A DNA stretch of 53,439 bases. Source: an uncultured Dehalococcoidia bacterium. GTDB taxonomy: Bacteria; Chloroflexota; Dehalococcoidia; Lucifugimonadales; CAUZEB01. Both the position numbers and the translations under genes were made by a program. The DNA lies in assembly GCA_964431885.1 (NCBI GenBank), contig CAYSLK010000012.1, forward strand, positions 1 to 53,439, in the 5' to 3' direction. The notes beneath the pieces are model-generated. The model was not told where the DNA came from and did no database searches. It saw only the letters and a program-made list of their open reading frames with translations. Positions 10,864-20,964 of the stretch are shown here, piece by piece (position 1 is the first letter of the stretch; the number at the start of each line of letters is the position of its first letter).

Positions 10864-10893
10864 TTGACCACATTAAATAGGCAAACCTATAAT
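10864..10893 (+). promoter_or_regulatory. Sigma-70-like promoter for pheST
   Basis: TTGACC (10864-10869), an 18-nt spacer, then TATAAT (10888-10893). It lies about 40 nt upstream of the pheS ATG. Confidence 0.5.
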
Positions 10894-10934
10894 AAACTAC
10901 GCGTACATGCTATGGCTTGTGATTGAGGAATTTA

Positions 10935-11993
10935 ATGGAACATAACTCGGACATAACAGATATTACCAATCTAAGGGACCAGGCTCTGGAAGAACTTGGG
11001 TCAGCTAACATCTTAGAAGCTCTCGAACAATGGAGAATTACGTACCTAGGTCGCAAAGGCCGTCTCACAAATATTCTACGTGGACTTGGCTCTATGTCTC
11101 AAGATGATCGCCGGGCTATGGGCAAGGTGTCTAATGTTGTAAAAGCCATATTGGAAGAACAATATGAGATACGAAAGCGACATATCCATGCATCAGAACA
11201 TAGTGTACGCTCGTCTGACAGGGAAGAGATTGACATTACTCTACCAGGATGGCACAAACCAAGAGGAGGTCTGCATCCAACTTCTCGTATAGTGAGAGAA
11301 ATTTGTGACGCTTTCCGGTCAATGGGTTTTCAAATTGTCGAAGGACCAGAAGTTGAATGGGACCATTACAACTTCGAGATGCTCAATATACCAAAAAACC
11401 ATCCAGCCAGAGATATGTGGAACACTCTATGGATTGACCACACCAATTCCCTTGAAGAATATCCTATGTTATTGCGAACTCACACATCCCCAATGCAAGC
11501 ACGGACTATGGAAAAAAGTGATCCCCCTATTAGAGTAGTTGTCCCTGGAAAATGTTATAGATACGAGGCAACCGATGCGACCCACGAATGGCACTTTTAC
11601 CAGATAGAAGGTCTAGCGGTTGATAAAAATATAACGTTTGCAGACTTAAAGGGCACTCTATTTGAATTCGCAAGACAGCTTTTCGGGGAGGAAAGGAAGA
11701 TACGTTTCAGATGCGATTACTTCCCATTCGTTGAACCAGGCGTAGACATGTCGATAGACTGTTTTTCATGTGAAGGCAAAGGATGCAGGATTTGTAGTGA
11801 GACAGGATGGATAGAAATAATGGGTGCCGGAATGGTACACCCCAAAGTTCTGGAAGCCGTTGGGTATGATCCATTGATATATACTGGATTTGCATTTGGG
11901 ATGGGACCAGAACGAATCGCTATGCTTAAATATGGTATAGAAGACATACGTTTATTCTACTCTAACGATCTAAGATTCCTTAACCAATTTTAA
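10935..11993 (+). CDS. pheS: Phenylalanine--tRNA ligase alpha subunit
   Basis: PheS-like over the full length, with class II motifs (HPARDMWNT, FRCDYFPFVEPG, GAGMVHPKVL, GFAFGMGPERIAMLKYGI). The ATG at 10935 is preceded by GAGGAA; the track ORF starts at an in-frame TTG at 10923. Confidence 0.93.
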   Translation: MEHNSDITDITNLRDQALEELGSANILEALEQWRITYLGRKGRLTNILRGLGSMSQDDRRAMGKVSNVVKAILEEQYEIRKRHIHASEHSVRSSDREEIDITLPGWHKPRGGLHPTSRIVREICDAFRSMGFQIVEGPEVEWDHYNFEMLNIPKNHPARDMWNTLWIDHTNSLEEYPMLLRTHTSPMQARTMEKSDPPIRVVVPGKCYRYEATDATHEWHFYQIEGLAVDKNITFADLKGTLFEFARQLFGEERKIRFRCDYFPFVEPGVDMSIDCFSCEGKGCRICSETGWIEIMGAGMVHPKVLEAVGYDPLIYTGFAFGMGPERIAMLKYGIEDIRLFYSNDLRFLNQF

Positions 11994-12135
11994 AGGATTA
12001 GCGTTCCATTGATATGAATCGATATCTTTATTGTTATACCAAATTAAGGGATTTACTTAGGATCTATGTTCCTTTCTCTCATAGTGATAATTCAAAAATA
12101 CATATTCCCTATCAGTACCATTCAAGAGGCATAAC

Positions 12136-14613
12136 ATGAAAATACCCATATCTTGGCTAAAGAAATACGTTCCTATAACCATATCATCAAAAGAATTAGC
12201 GGAACGTCTAACAATGGCAGGTGTGGAGGTAGGTGAAATCCAAGAGATTGGCGAAAATTGGGATAGTGATAAAATCGTTGTCGGATACGTTCGCAGTATC
12301 AAAGCCCACCCTAACGCAGATCGTTTAAAACTTCCAACAGTCGAGCTAAGTGATGGAGAATGCCTAACAGTTGTCTGTGGTGCACCAAACGTAAATTCAG
12401 GCCAGAAGATAGCATTCGCTAGAGAGGGAGCAGTCCTATATAGTCCTCGATCGGGTAAAACAGGGCCTATGAAAGCGTCTACTATCAGAGGTGTTAAATC
12501 GTCAGGCATGGTGTGCTCCGCTCTAGAATTGGGTATCGGCGATGATCACGAAGGAATTCTCGTGTTGGAAGATGATGCGCCGATAGGTATGCCTCTTAAA
12601 GAATATATGGGAGACTCTATATTGGACATCGAAGTTACTCCAAACAGACCTGACTGCTTATCTATCCTTGGATTAGCTCATGAAGTAGCGGCTTTAACTG
12701 ATGAGCAAGTGACGGAGCCTAATTCGTCATACGAGGAGCTGGGTGACGATATCGAATCTCAAGTCACGATCAACCTCGACTCTTCCAATCTCTGCAACAG
12801 ATACACAGCTGCTTTAATAACTGGTATTACGGTAGCTGAATCCCCGGCTTGGATGCAAGAAGCGCTTATAAAGGCCGGTCAACGGCCTATTAATAACGTA
12901 GTAGATATAACAAACTATGTGATGCTCGAATACGGTCAGCCCCTGCATGCGTTTGATTTTGAGAAGGTTGAGAATTCTAAAGTGATAGTCAGGGTTGCTC
13001 AGCCAAATGAAACGCTCATTACATTAGACGGATCAACTCGCAGTCTGAAACCTACCATGTTGACAATATCTGATGATAAAAAAGCCATAGGTTTGGCAGG
13101 CATTATCGGTGGAATCAGTACTGAAATTTGTCAGTCATCAACTTCCCTATTATTAGAATCAGCGAACTTTAACTCTGTCAGCATAAGACAAACCAGAGGC
13201 GATCTTGGTTTAAATACCGAAGCTTCTTATCGTTTTGAACGTGGAATTAGATCAGCACTTACATCCAAGGCATTAAAGAGGGCAATTCATTTAGTACTTG
13301 AATTAGCAGGTGGAAACGTATCCAAAGGTATTATAGATATCAAAGTACAAAGCGAAGAAGATGCTTCAATAAAGATTAGTCGATCTAGAATAAAACAGGT
13401 ATTGGGTGTTGACTACAGCATGTCTGAAATACGCAAGGTTTTGGAATCTCTAGGCTTTAAAGAAGGTAACGCACCTGAAAAGCTGATAGATATATTCGAC
13501 TCCATAGAGTCTTCGCCTGTCGTAGAACATGATAGTGCAATCTGGGTCAAGCCCCCTTACTGGCGTTCCGACATATCTATAGAAGAAGATATAATAGAAG
13601 AAATAGCTCGCATAATTGGATATGACACTATCCCAACTACAATGCTTTCGTCCAGTCTTCCACATCACGTACCGCAACCTCTAACAGAACTCAAAGAATC
13701 TATAAAAGACTGTCTTGTTTCGGCAGGAATGAGAGAGACTATATCATATCCTTTAACCACTCTAGAACTCCTTGAACGAGCCAACATACCCGGGGATCTG
13801 ACTCCTCTACGAATTGCGAACCCAATGAGCAGAGAATTTGAGTTTTTACGTACATCGCTCAGAGGAAGTATCCTTAAGACATTATCGGACAACACAAGAA
13901 CTACATTAAAAGACGGCGCTAGATTATTTGAAATTGGTCGCATTTACGTAAGATCTGATGAAAATGGAAAGGATCTTCCAAAAGAACTAGAGATGCTAGT
14001 CGGTGTTATAGCCGGTCCTCGCTACCCATTATCGTGGCTAAGTCAGGAAACTGACATGAATTTCTTCGACGGAAAGGGTATCCTAACATCGATGTTTGAA
14101 CAGTTGAATGTCGATGCGAAATACAGCCGTGCAATTGATAGTACAATGCACCCTGATAAGGTCGCTCATATAGACATCAATAATCGTAACGTCGGGGTTA
14201 TCGGTGAATTGAATCCCGCTGTCGCGCAACGTTTCAATCTGGAGACGATTACAACGACCCTATTTGAGATAAATCTCGAAGCTTTACTAAATTCGATATC
14301 AACCAATCAGCCCAATTATGAGAGCTTTAATCGATACCCGGAGTCATATAGAGATATAGCCCTTATATTAGATAAAGATGTATCATCTGGAGAAGTGCAA
14401 AGAATCATTAATCGTCACAAAATGGTCACACGCAGTATCCCGTTTGACGTTTATTCTGGAGAAGGAATCAGTCACGGTAAGAAGTCGACCGCATATCGCA
14501 TTATATTCCAGTCCGATCGAGGTACCCTCAACTCCAAACAGATAGACCGAGTTCAAGGAGATATTGTACGGCAATTAACCCGTGAGTTAGGTGCAGATTT
14601 AAGAGTTTCGTAG
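12136..14613 (+). CDS. pheT: Phenylalanine--tRNA ligase beta subunit, 825 aa
   Basis: MKIPISWLKKYV... is the typical PheT N-terminus. tRNA-binding, B3/4, B5 and FDX-ACB-like regions are recognisable, and the gene lies directly downstream of pheS. Confidence 0.93.
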   Translation: MKIPISWLKKYVPITISSKELAERLTMAGVEVGEIQEIGENWDSDKIVVGYVRSIKAHPNADRLKLPTVELSDGECLTVVCGAPNVNSGQKIAFAREGAVLYSPRSGKTGPMKASTIRGVKSSGMVCSALELGIGDDHEGILVLEDDAPIGMPLKEYMGDSILDIEVTPNRPDCLSILGLAHEVAALTDEQVTEPNSSYEELGDDIESQVTINLDSSNLCNRYTAALITGITVAESPAWMQEALIKAGQRPINNVVDITNYVMLEYGQPLHAFDFEKVENSKVIVRVAQPNETLITLDGSTRSLKPTMLTISDDKKAIGLAGIIGGISTEICQSSTSLLLESANFNSVSIRQTRGDLGLNTEASYRFERGIRSALTSKALKRAIHLVLELAGGNVSKGIIDIKVQSEEDASIKISRSRIKQVLGVDYSMSEIRKVLESLGFKEGNAPEKLIDIFDSIESSPVVEHDSAIWVKPPYWRSDISIEEDIIEEIARIIGYDTIPTTMLSSSLPHHVPQPLTELKESIKDCLVSAGMRETISYPLTTLELLERANIPGDLTPLRIANPMSREFEFLRTSLRGSILKTLSDNTRTTLKDGARLFEIGRIYVRSDENGKDLPKELEMLVGVIAGPRYPLSWLSQETDMNFFDGKGILTSMFEQLNVDAKYSRAIDSTMHPDKVAHIDINNRNVGVIGELNPAVAQRFNLETITTTLFEINLEALLNSISTNQPNYESFNRYPESYRDIALILDKDVSSGEVQRIINRHKMVTRSIPFDVYSGEGISHGKKSTAYRIIFQSDRGTLNSKQIDRVQGDIVRQLTRELGADLRVS

Positions 14614-14702
14614 AGACCTATCTTAAATATTTTGTTGCTTACTAAATTCATGATACCAGTCTATGTAGATCTAACGAATCACGGGAATATGTCACCTTCT
14701 TG

Positions 14703-15752
14703 TTATCCCTCACTGTCAAGAAACTTGGCTGGGTTATCTACCAGCATAACTTTTATCTGTTCTTCATTTAACCCAACCGCCTTAAATATGGGTACGACAC
14801 TATCCAACAAATGATCGTATCCAAACCCGCCGTATCTTCTAAGCTGATTTTTCGTACATAGATCCATAGCTAAAACAACCTGATCTAAATAGCCTGCTTC
14901 AATCACCTTAGCAAGGTTTTCAGCTCTTTCATAATCGGTCGGATATACACGACCAGGCCGCTGACGATCTGAGTATTGATAAATATCTGTCTGGCCAAAG
15001 GTGTCAAATCCCAAATATGCACCAGTACTAGCAACTTCCTCAAAATAAGAAAGGTCACACCGAGCATCAAGATCAACGTGACAAAGCACGGTATGCTTTA
15101 AATCAGCCCCTTCTTCTCTTGCAATATCCAAAACTCTAGGTCCGTGCCGACCCCATATGCTATGGTGAATAGAGAGTGGTATTCCCGTACTCGCTTGGGC
15201 TCTGGCCGAACCTCGAAGCACTTTTTCTTCACCCAGAGTGAACGGATCTCCTGTTCCTATCTCTCCAATGATTCCCATACGTATTTCGCTATCATCTACG
15301 CCTACAGTGATCTCCTTAATCAGTCTGTCTGCTATATCGTCGATAGTGCGCTCTTTAAGATACTCTGGGTGGCGTTCTTGCACATAATAACCACCGCCCA
15401 TAATTATGTTTAATCCTGTAGCGGCGGCAATTTCTCGTAAGGCTTTAGGATCCCGTCCTAAACCTGGAGGCGTCTGATCTACAACCGTATCGCCACCCGA
15501 CAACTTAAAACGTTTAATCTCATCAAGAGCTTCTTTTAGATCCAAGCGGTGAGAATTATCCAAGTGGCCATAACCTACCTTTCGCGCCCATCCTATAGTA
15601 TCCATGCGAAGGGGGCTTTCTGCCATCTGACGTATATCTGGGTCATCTGATGGTTTGTAGTGCCATGACCCATCAAAATATATGTGTTCATGAATAGTGG
15701 TGACTCCCAATTCCTTTGCGCTCATTGGCCCCATAACTGTCATAACACTCAT
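14703..15752 (-). CDS. Phosphotriesterase-family (PTER/PHP-like amidohydrolase-fold) protein, 349 aa
   Basis: N-terminal MGPMSAKELGVTTIHEHIYFD contains the HxH metal motif, and the rest of the 349-aa product resembles phosphotriesterase-homology proteins by eye. It is a paralog of 21858..22838. Confidence 0.8.
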   Translation of the reverse strand: MSVMTVMGPMSAKELGVTTIHEHIYFDGSWHYKPSDDPDIRQMAESPLRMDTIGWARKVGYGHLDNSHRLDLKEALDEIKRFKLSGGDTVVDQTPPGLGRDPKALREIAAATGLNIIMGGGYYVQERHPEYLKERTIDDIADRLIKEITVGVDDSEIRMGIIGEIGTGDPFTLGEEKVLRGSARAQASTGIPLSIHHSIWGRHGPRVLDIAREEGADLKHTVLCHVDLDARCDLSYFEEVASTGAYLGFDTFGQTDIYQYSDRQRPGRVYPTDYERAENLAKVIEAGYLDQVVLAMDLCTKNQLRRYGGFGYDHLLDSVVPIFKAVGLNEEQIKVMLVDNPAKFLDSEG

Positions 15753-15943
15753 AAACTTCTATTATCTCCTCCATAATCTTTGAGATTAATGATACTTAAC
15801 TTCGACATCAGTAACCATTTAAATGGACTTCCTCGGATTATCTCGAAGCTAGAATTCATATTTTCTGTGTTTTCCTCATAATCCACACTAGGTATATTAT
15901 CATTGACGTCGTTAATAGTTAATGCTATGGTTCCGCCCAGCAT
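15749..15943 (-). CDS. Hypothetical 64-aa protein (weak call)
   Basis: Its TGA stop overlaps the ATG of the downstream PTER gene (ATGA), which suggests translational coupling. I see no recognisable motif, and the composition is unremarkable. Confidence 0.25.
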   Translation of the reverse strand: MLGGTIALTINDVNDNIPSVDYEENTENMNSSFEIIRGSPFKWLLMSKLSIINLKDYGGDNRSL

Positions 15944-16084
15944 AATAATAATCGTTTTTCATATATTTGAGAGGGTTTCTCTTTTATTACGCATATGACT
16001 ATTCACAGACTCTCGAGTACTAAGGCTTTGGCAGATGAAATGTTGTGATTCATTCGTGTAGTTTCGTATAGTTAAGGTGATTTT

Positions 16085-17122
16085 TTGAATCGAAATGGTT
16101 TCTATTCTCCAATTGAACTACAACAATCACTTGACAGATTTCCACGAGTGCAACTGGCGAATTTGCCTACTCCTCTAGAGAAATGTCACCGACTAAGTAA
16201 GTATTTAAGTAAAAATACAAATGAACCAACCATATATATAAAAAGAGATGATCTAACTGAATCTAGCATGGGTGGTGGCAACAAGCTAAGGCATATGGAA
16301 TTCAGACTTGGAGACGCTCTAGCTAAGAATTGTGACATCTATTTATATACAGATTATTCAAACTCTGGTCGTGTAGCCGCAATAGGCTGTGCCAAAGCAG
16401 GGATGCCTTATGTCCAAGTAGTCTCTTCTGAACGTCTCCCCAACGTCCGATCAAATTTATTACTCTCAAGCATATTAGGTGCAAAGTTGCACTATGTTAA
16501 CTCTGGGACTAATCCTAAAGAGGAAGCTTTTAAGGAAACCAACATAATAGAACAAGAACTTATCGAAACCGGCCATAAGCCTTATAGGATTCAAACGATG
16601 CCTTGGTATCATCAGTCTGCAGTTATATCATACCTGCAAGCAGCTATAGAACTGGATTCGCAGTTCAAGGACCTGGGGATAATGAACCCACACATCTTTT
16701 TGGTAACAGGACACAGTCATGTAGGCTTGCAATTGGCATCGAAATTACTAGGACTTCGCTGGGAAATAACAGGTATAGCAGTTGGTCAATCATTTGAATC
16801 ACCAGCTCTGCCATTCGAAAATTGGTCGGATCAAGTTTCTAATCTCATAGGCTTACCAGTAGCACTCAAATTAACCGAGATGACGGTAAATTTCGGTTAC
16901 GTAGAACCCGGTTATCACCATCCCTCTAATAAATCGCTTAATGCTGTTAGGGTCATGGGTAATGCCGAAGGTATTTTTTTGGATCCTATGTACACTGGCA
17001 AAGCTATGGCTGCTTTAATTGATTATGCCATATCAGACTCAGTGAAACCCGATCAAACATTAGTGTTTCTTCATACGGGGGGCCACCCGATGTTGTTCGA
17101 CATTGAATCTATAGGTCCATAA
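16085..17122 (+). CDS. PLP-dependent ACC deaminase/D-cysteine desulfhydrase-family protein, 345 aa
   Basis: LANLPTPLEK..., IYIKRDDLTESSMGGGNKLRHMEF (PLP-lysine region) and a HTGG motif near the C-terminus. The TTG start is preceded by AAGGTGA. Confidence 0.75.
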   Translation: MNRNGFYSPIELQQSLDRFPRVQLANLPTPLEKCHRLSKYLSKNTNEPTIYIKRDDLTESSMGGGNKLRHMEFRLGDALAKNCDIYLYTDYSNSGRVAAIGCAKAGMPYVQVVSSERLPNVRSNLLLSSILGAKLHYVNSGTNPKEEAFKETNIIEQELIETGHKPYRIQTMPWYHQSAVISYLQAAIELDSQFKDLGIMNPHIFLVTGHSHVGLQLASKLLGLRWEITGIAVGQSFESPALPFENWSDQVSNLIGLPVALKLTEMTVNFGYVEPGYHHPSNKSLNAVRVMGNAEGIFLDPMYTGKAMAALIDYAISDSVKPDQTLVFLHTGGHPMLFDIESIGP

Positions 17123-17151
17123 TTGGATACATCCCGTATAAGGAGGTACAT

Positions 17152-18882
17152 ATGATAAGTAGGATGCTGGTGAACAAGACGACTATAAAATCGAGAAATG
17201 GGATGGTTACAGCAATGCATCCATTGGCCGCAAAAGTGGGTGCGAGCATCCTAAAAGCAGGCGGAAACGCGGCTGATGCCGCTGTGGCCACTGCATTCGC
17301 AATCGGTGTTGTAGAGCCATTCATGAGTGGACTAGGAGGAGGAGCGTCCATTGTAATTCATGATTCAAAGGAAAACCTCACTAAAGTTATTGATGGCAGT
17401 GTTAAGGTTCCTGGCAAAGCTACAGAAGACATGTTTGCTCTCCTAGAGCCCGACAGTCAGGGATCAGGTGTATATGGATGGAGAGGAACAAAGAATGACG
17501 AAGCCGAAACAGGCTACAGATCGATTGCTATTCCAGGAGCTGTCGATTCCTATCTATTATTACACGATAAATTCGGCTCTATGCCATTAACTCAAGTAAT
17601 GAAACCATCTATTGAACTCGCATCTAGAGGCTTTCCTGTAGACTGGTACGTTTTCTTTACATGTGCATCTTCTCTGCCTAGACTGAGTCGATTTCCAGAA
17701 ACGATGGCTGTTTTCTATAAATCCGATGGATATCCATTCCAAGCAGGTAATTTCGACGATACCCGTTCTCCTGATCGTCTAATACAAAAAGACCTAGCGA
17801 AAACTTTAAGAGCAATTTCCGATGGAGGGTCAGAGGCCTTCTATCAAGGATATGTCGCCAAATCGATAACAAAGCATATTCAATCAAACGGAGGTCTTAT
17901 AAGCGAAGATGATTTAGCTCACTATAAAGCTCGTTGTTTTGATCCACTCCAGATTGAATACCGTAGCAATTTGATTAATTTTGCACCTTACAACAGCGGC
18001 GGAACCACAGTAGCTGAGATTCTAAACATTCTAGAAGCATTCGATCTTTCATCACTTGGGCACAACACGATCGACTCACTACACTTAATCGCAGAAGCTA
18101 TACGAATGGGCTTCTCAGATCGTTTCGCACATATGGGAGATCCTTTTTACTCTAACATTCCTATTAATGGTCTCGAGTCAAAAGCATACGCGCTAGAACG
18201 ATCAAAGATCATTAACAAAACTAACGGCCCAGTATCCGACCCTGTCGGAGATCCGTGGCCATTTCAAACTAATGCGCCTTCTTCAGTGCCGATCCTACCC
18301 GGAGGTTACGACGCTTATAGCCAGAATACAACACACTTGAACGTGATTGACTCAAAGCGCAACATGGTTTCCCTGACTACTTCGTTAGGACAAGCATTCG
18401 GATCTGGAGTGGTAGTTCCAAACACTGGAGTAACACTTAATAATGGGATGATGTGGTTTGACCCTGAACCCGGCCACATTAACTCAATCAGACCTGGCAG
18501 GCAGGCAATGCATGCAGGGACACCAACTTTAATTTTTGATGAGCAAGGTCCTCTTATGGCTCTAGGAGCTCCAGGAGGACGCAAAGTGCTAACATCAGTG
18601 CTACAATGCATCCTCAATACAATAGACTACAAACTGGGGATGCAGGAGGCCATAAGTGCCCCCCGTATCCATTCTGAATCAGGTCCATTATCTATCGATA
18701 ACCGTATGCCTCCTGACGTCATTGCCGGCCTAGAGAAAATAGGCCATAACATTGTGTTAAGAGAGGAAACACCGATTACTTCCTATTATGGTAGACCAAC
18801 AGGAATCTTGATTGATCGGAAGAGTGAACTAATGAGAAGCGGTTTACAACCTTACAACCTAAGTACAGCAGTGGGGATTTAA
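17152..18882 (+). CDS. ggt: Gamma-glutamyltransferase-family Ntn hydrolase, 576 aa, no obvious signal peptide
   Basis: GGNAADAAVATAFAIGVVEP, the autoprocessing/catalytic Thr region SQNTTHLNVIDS, and GAPGGRKVLTSVLQ. The N-terminus MISRMLVNKTTIKSRNG lacks a hydrophobic signal segment. Confidence 0.85.
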   Translation: MISRMLVNKTTIKSRNGMVTAMHPLAAKVGASILKAGGNAADAAVATAFAIGVVEPFMSGLGGGASIVIHDSKENLTKVIDGSVKVPGKATEDMFALLEPDSQGSGVYGWRGTKNDEAETGYRSIAIPGAVDSYLLLHDKFGSMPLTQVMKPSIELASRGFPVDWYVFFTCASSLPRLSRFPETMAVFYKSDGYPFQAGNFDDTRSPDRLIQKDLAKTLRAISDGGSEAFYQGYVAKSITKHIQSNGGLISEDDLAHYKARCFDPLQIEYRSNLINFAPYNSGGTTVAEILNILEAFDLSSLGHNTIDSLHLIAEAIRMGFSDRFAHMGDPFYSNIPINGLESKAYALERSKIINKTNGPVSDPVGDPWPFQTNAPSSVPILPGGYDAYSQNTTHLNVIDSKRNMVSLTTSLGQAFGSGVVVPNTGVTLNNGMMWFDPEPGHINSIRPGRQAMHAGTPTLIFDEQGPLMALGAPGGRKVLTSVLQCILNTIDYKLGMQEAISAPRIHSESGPLSIDNRMPPDVIAGLEKIGHNIVLREETPITSYYGRPTGILIDRKSELMRSGLQPYNLSTAVGI

Positions 18883-18887
18883 AATAA

Positions 18888-20111
18888 ATGGCATCTAGCT
18901 CTAGCGATATTTCAGCAACTCAGTCTCTACCTCTACAGGGCGTTCGAATAATAGCAATTGAACAGTACGGTGCGGGTCCATGGGCGACCATGCTCCTTGC
19001 AGACATGGGAGCAGAAGTTATTAAAATCGAAAACCCATTAACAAAAGGCGATATCGGGAGATACGTTCCTCCGTATACTTCCAACGAGGACAGCATCTAC
19101 TTTCAAAGCTTTAATCGTAACAAGCGTAGTATTACCTTAAATCTAGCGCACCCTGACGCACGGGACGTGCTACATCCTCTTGTTAGAATATCGGACGCAG
19201 TGTTCAACAATCTAAGGGGCGACTTACCTAAGAAACTGGGTATAGATTTCCCTACACTAAGCGAAATTAATAACTCCATTGTTTGTTGCTCGCTATCTGC
19301 ATTCGGTAGAACTGGCATTCGGTCCACGGAACCTGGTTATGACTATCTTATGCAAGGTTACGCAGGTTGGATGAGTATAACGGGCGAACCTAACGGCCCT
19401 CCTCAAAAATCAGGTTTATCGCTTGTAGATCTAAGTGCTGGTACGATGGCTTCTCTCGGTCTAATGAGTGCTTTAATTCGTGTAAAACAAACTGGTGTTG
19501 GTTGTGACGTAGATGTTAGTTTGTTTGATAACGCCATCTCACATCTTGCCTACATTGGAGCCTGGCATCTTTCGAAAGGCTACCAGGCTCAGCGATTGCC
19601 CGATTCCTCTCACCCATCACAAATACCATCCCAAGTTCTACCAACGAAAAACGGATGGATGGTCGTGATGTGTGCAAAAGAAAAGTTTTACAAGAATCTC
19701 GTTGAAATCCTTGGCTCACCTGAACTAGCTTACGATAACAGATTTGATACTTTCGAAGGCCGTCTTAAAAACAAAGCCGTTCTAGTTCCGATCCTTAAGG
19801 AACTTTCTAGCAAGAGAAGTACATGTGAATGGTTAGATCTTCTCAAAGGTAAGGTGCCTTGCGCCCCGGTTAATACAGTCCAGCAAGCTTTTGAAGATTT
19901 TCAAGTGACTGAAGATGAAATGGTACTCGAATTAGACCACCACGATTTTGGATCCGTACGCCAAGTAGCAAGTCCAATCAAGGTAAGCGACTCCCGAATA
20001 ACACACAAACGTGCTCCTAAACTTGGTGAAGATACGGATAATATCTTAACCGATTACCTCGGATTCTCTAGCCGCCACATAGCTAATTTACGCAGTAACG
20101 GCGTTCTATAA
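18888..20111 (+). CDS. Family III (CaiB/BaiF) CoA-transferase, 407 aa
   Basis: GVRIIAIEQYGAGPWATMLLADMGAEVIKIE is the N-terminal signature, and the catalytic Asp context is GLSLVDLSAG. It starts 5 nt after the ggt stop. Confidence 0.85.
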   Translation: MASSSSDISATQSLPLQGVRIIAIEQYGAGPWATMLLADMGAEVIKIENPLTKGDIGRYVPPYTSNEDSIYFQSFNRNKRSITLNLAHPDARDVLHPLVRISDAVFNNLRGDLPKKLGIDFPTLSEINNSIVCCSLSAFGRTGIRSTEPGYDYLMQGYAGWMSITGEPNGPPQKSGLSLVDLSAGTMASLGLMSALIRVKQTGVGCDVDVSLFDNAISHLAYIGAWHLSKGYQAQRLPDSSHPSQIPSQVLPTKNGWMVVMCAKEKFYKNLVEILGSPELAYDNRFDTFEGRLKNKAVLVPILKELSSKRSTCEWLDLLKGKVPCAPVNTVQQAFEDFQVTEDEMVLELDHHDFGSVRQVASPIKVSDSRITHKRAPKLGEDTDNILTDYLGFSSRHIANLRSNGVL

Positions 20112-20256
20112 TTATAGACGCATCCGTCACAAACCATGTTATAGGCGCAGCTCTTACGGGTTTAAATTAAACGGTTTTAAGAATGATGGGTAGAATTAAT
20201 TTGGAAGGACGTTCTCTTCTACAACCAATTTCGTCATAGAATATCCTTTTTGAATT

Positions 20257-20958
20257 TCACTTATTCTCTTTGAGGTTCGCCAAAGCTTCATTGGCAGCAT
20301 TTTGCTCAGCCATTGACTTACGCTGTCCTATACCTCTTCCTAAAATATTGTCCGAAACCAGAACTTCTACTTCGAAAATGGGAGAATGACTCTTGCCTTT
20401 AAAATTTACTAATTTGTAAATAGGAACTCCGGTTCCCATTCGTAGAGAGAGTTCCTGAAGAGCAGACTTAGGATTGTTGATAGTTTGATCAACAGACGAA
20501 AGCCTTTCTGACATCACTTTTAGGACGAATTCGCTCACAGCATTGAATCCCATATCCAAAAACAAAGAACCGATAAGAGCTTCGAAGACGGCCGCCAAAT
20601 TCGATTGCCTTGATCTTCCTCCAATGTTCTCCTCGCCTTTCCCCAACAACAGATAATGACCTAATGATAAGGATTGGGCGACGTCAGCTAATGTTTCTTG
20701 CTTTACTAATTCGGAACGCCAACGGGTAAGATACCCTTCTTGTAATCCAGGATGACGTCGGTAAAGTTCTATCGCAATTACCGAACCAATCAACGCGTCA
20801 CCCAAAAATTCTAGTCTCTCATTAGATTCTAGAACTGCTTCTGGATTTTCATTCAAATAGGAACTGTGCACTAGAGAGAGTTTTAACAATTCCTTGTTTT
20901 GAAACGAAAGGCCTAGAGCTTGTTCTAGTTCGTTCAATCTATACATGAAATCCATCAT
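20257..20958 (-). CDS. rnc: Ribonuclease III, 233 aa
   Basis: The RNase III signature NERLEFLGDALIG is present, with a C-terminal dsRBD (...GRGIGQRKSMAEQNAANEAL). Confidence 0.92.
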   Translation of the reverse strand: MMDFMYRLNELEQALGLSFQNKELLKLSLVHSSYLNENPEAVLESNERLEFLGDALIGSVIAIELYRRHPGLQEGYLTRWRSELVKQETLADVAQSLSLGHYLLLGKGEENIGGRSRQSNLAAVFEALIGSLFLDMGFNAVSEFVLKVMSERLSSVDQTINNPKSALQELSLRMGTGVPIYKLVNFKGKSHSPIFEVEVLVSDNILGRGIGQRKSMAEQNAANEALANLKENK

Positions 20959-20964
20959 ACAAAT

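Noticed and set aside
10745-10934. I looked for a T-box riboswitch or leader-peptide attenuator upstream of pheS.
   Set aside because: The promoter-like TTGACC-18-TATAAT leaves only about 35-40 nt of leader. I saw no specifier, antiterminator or T-box sequence and no Phe-rich leader ORF.
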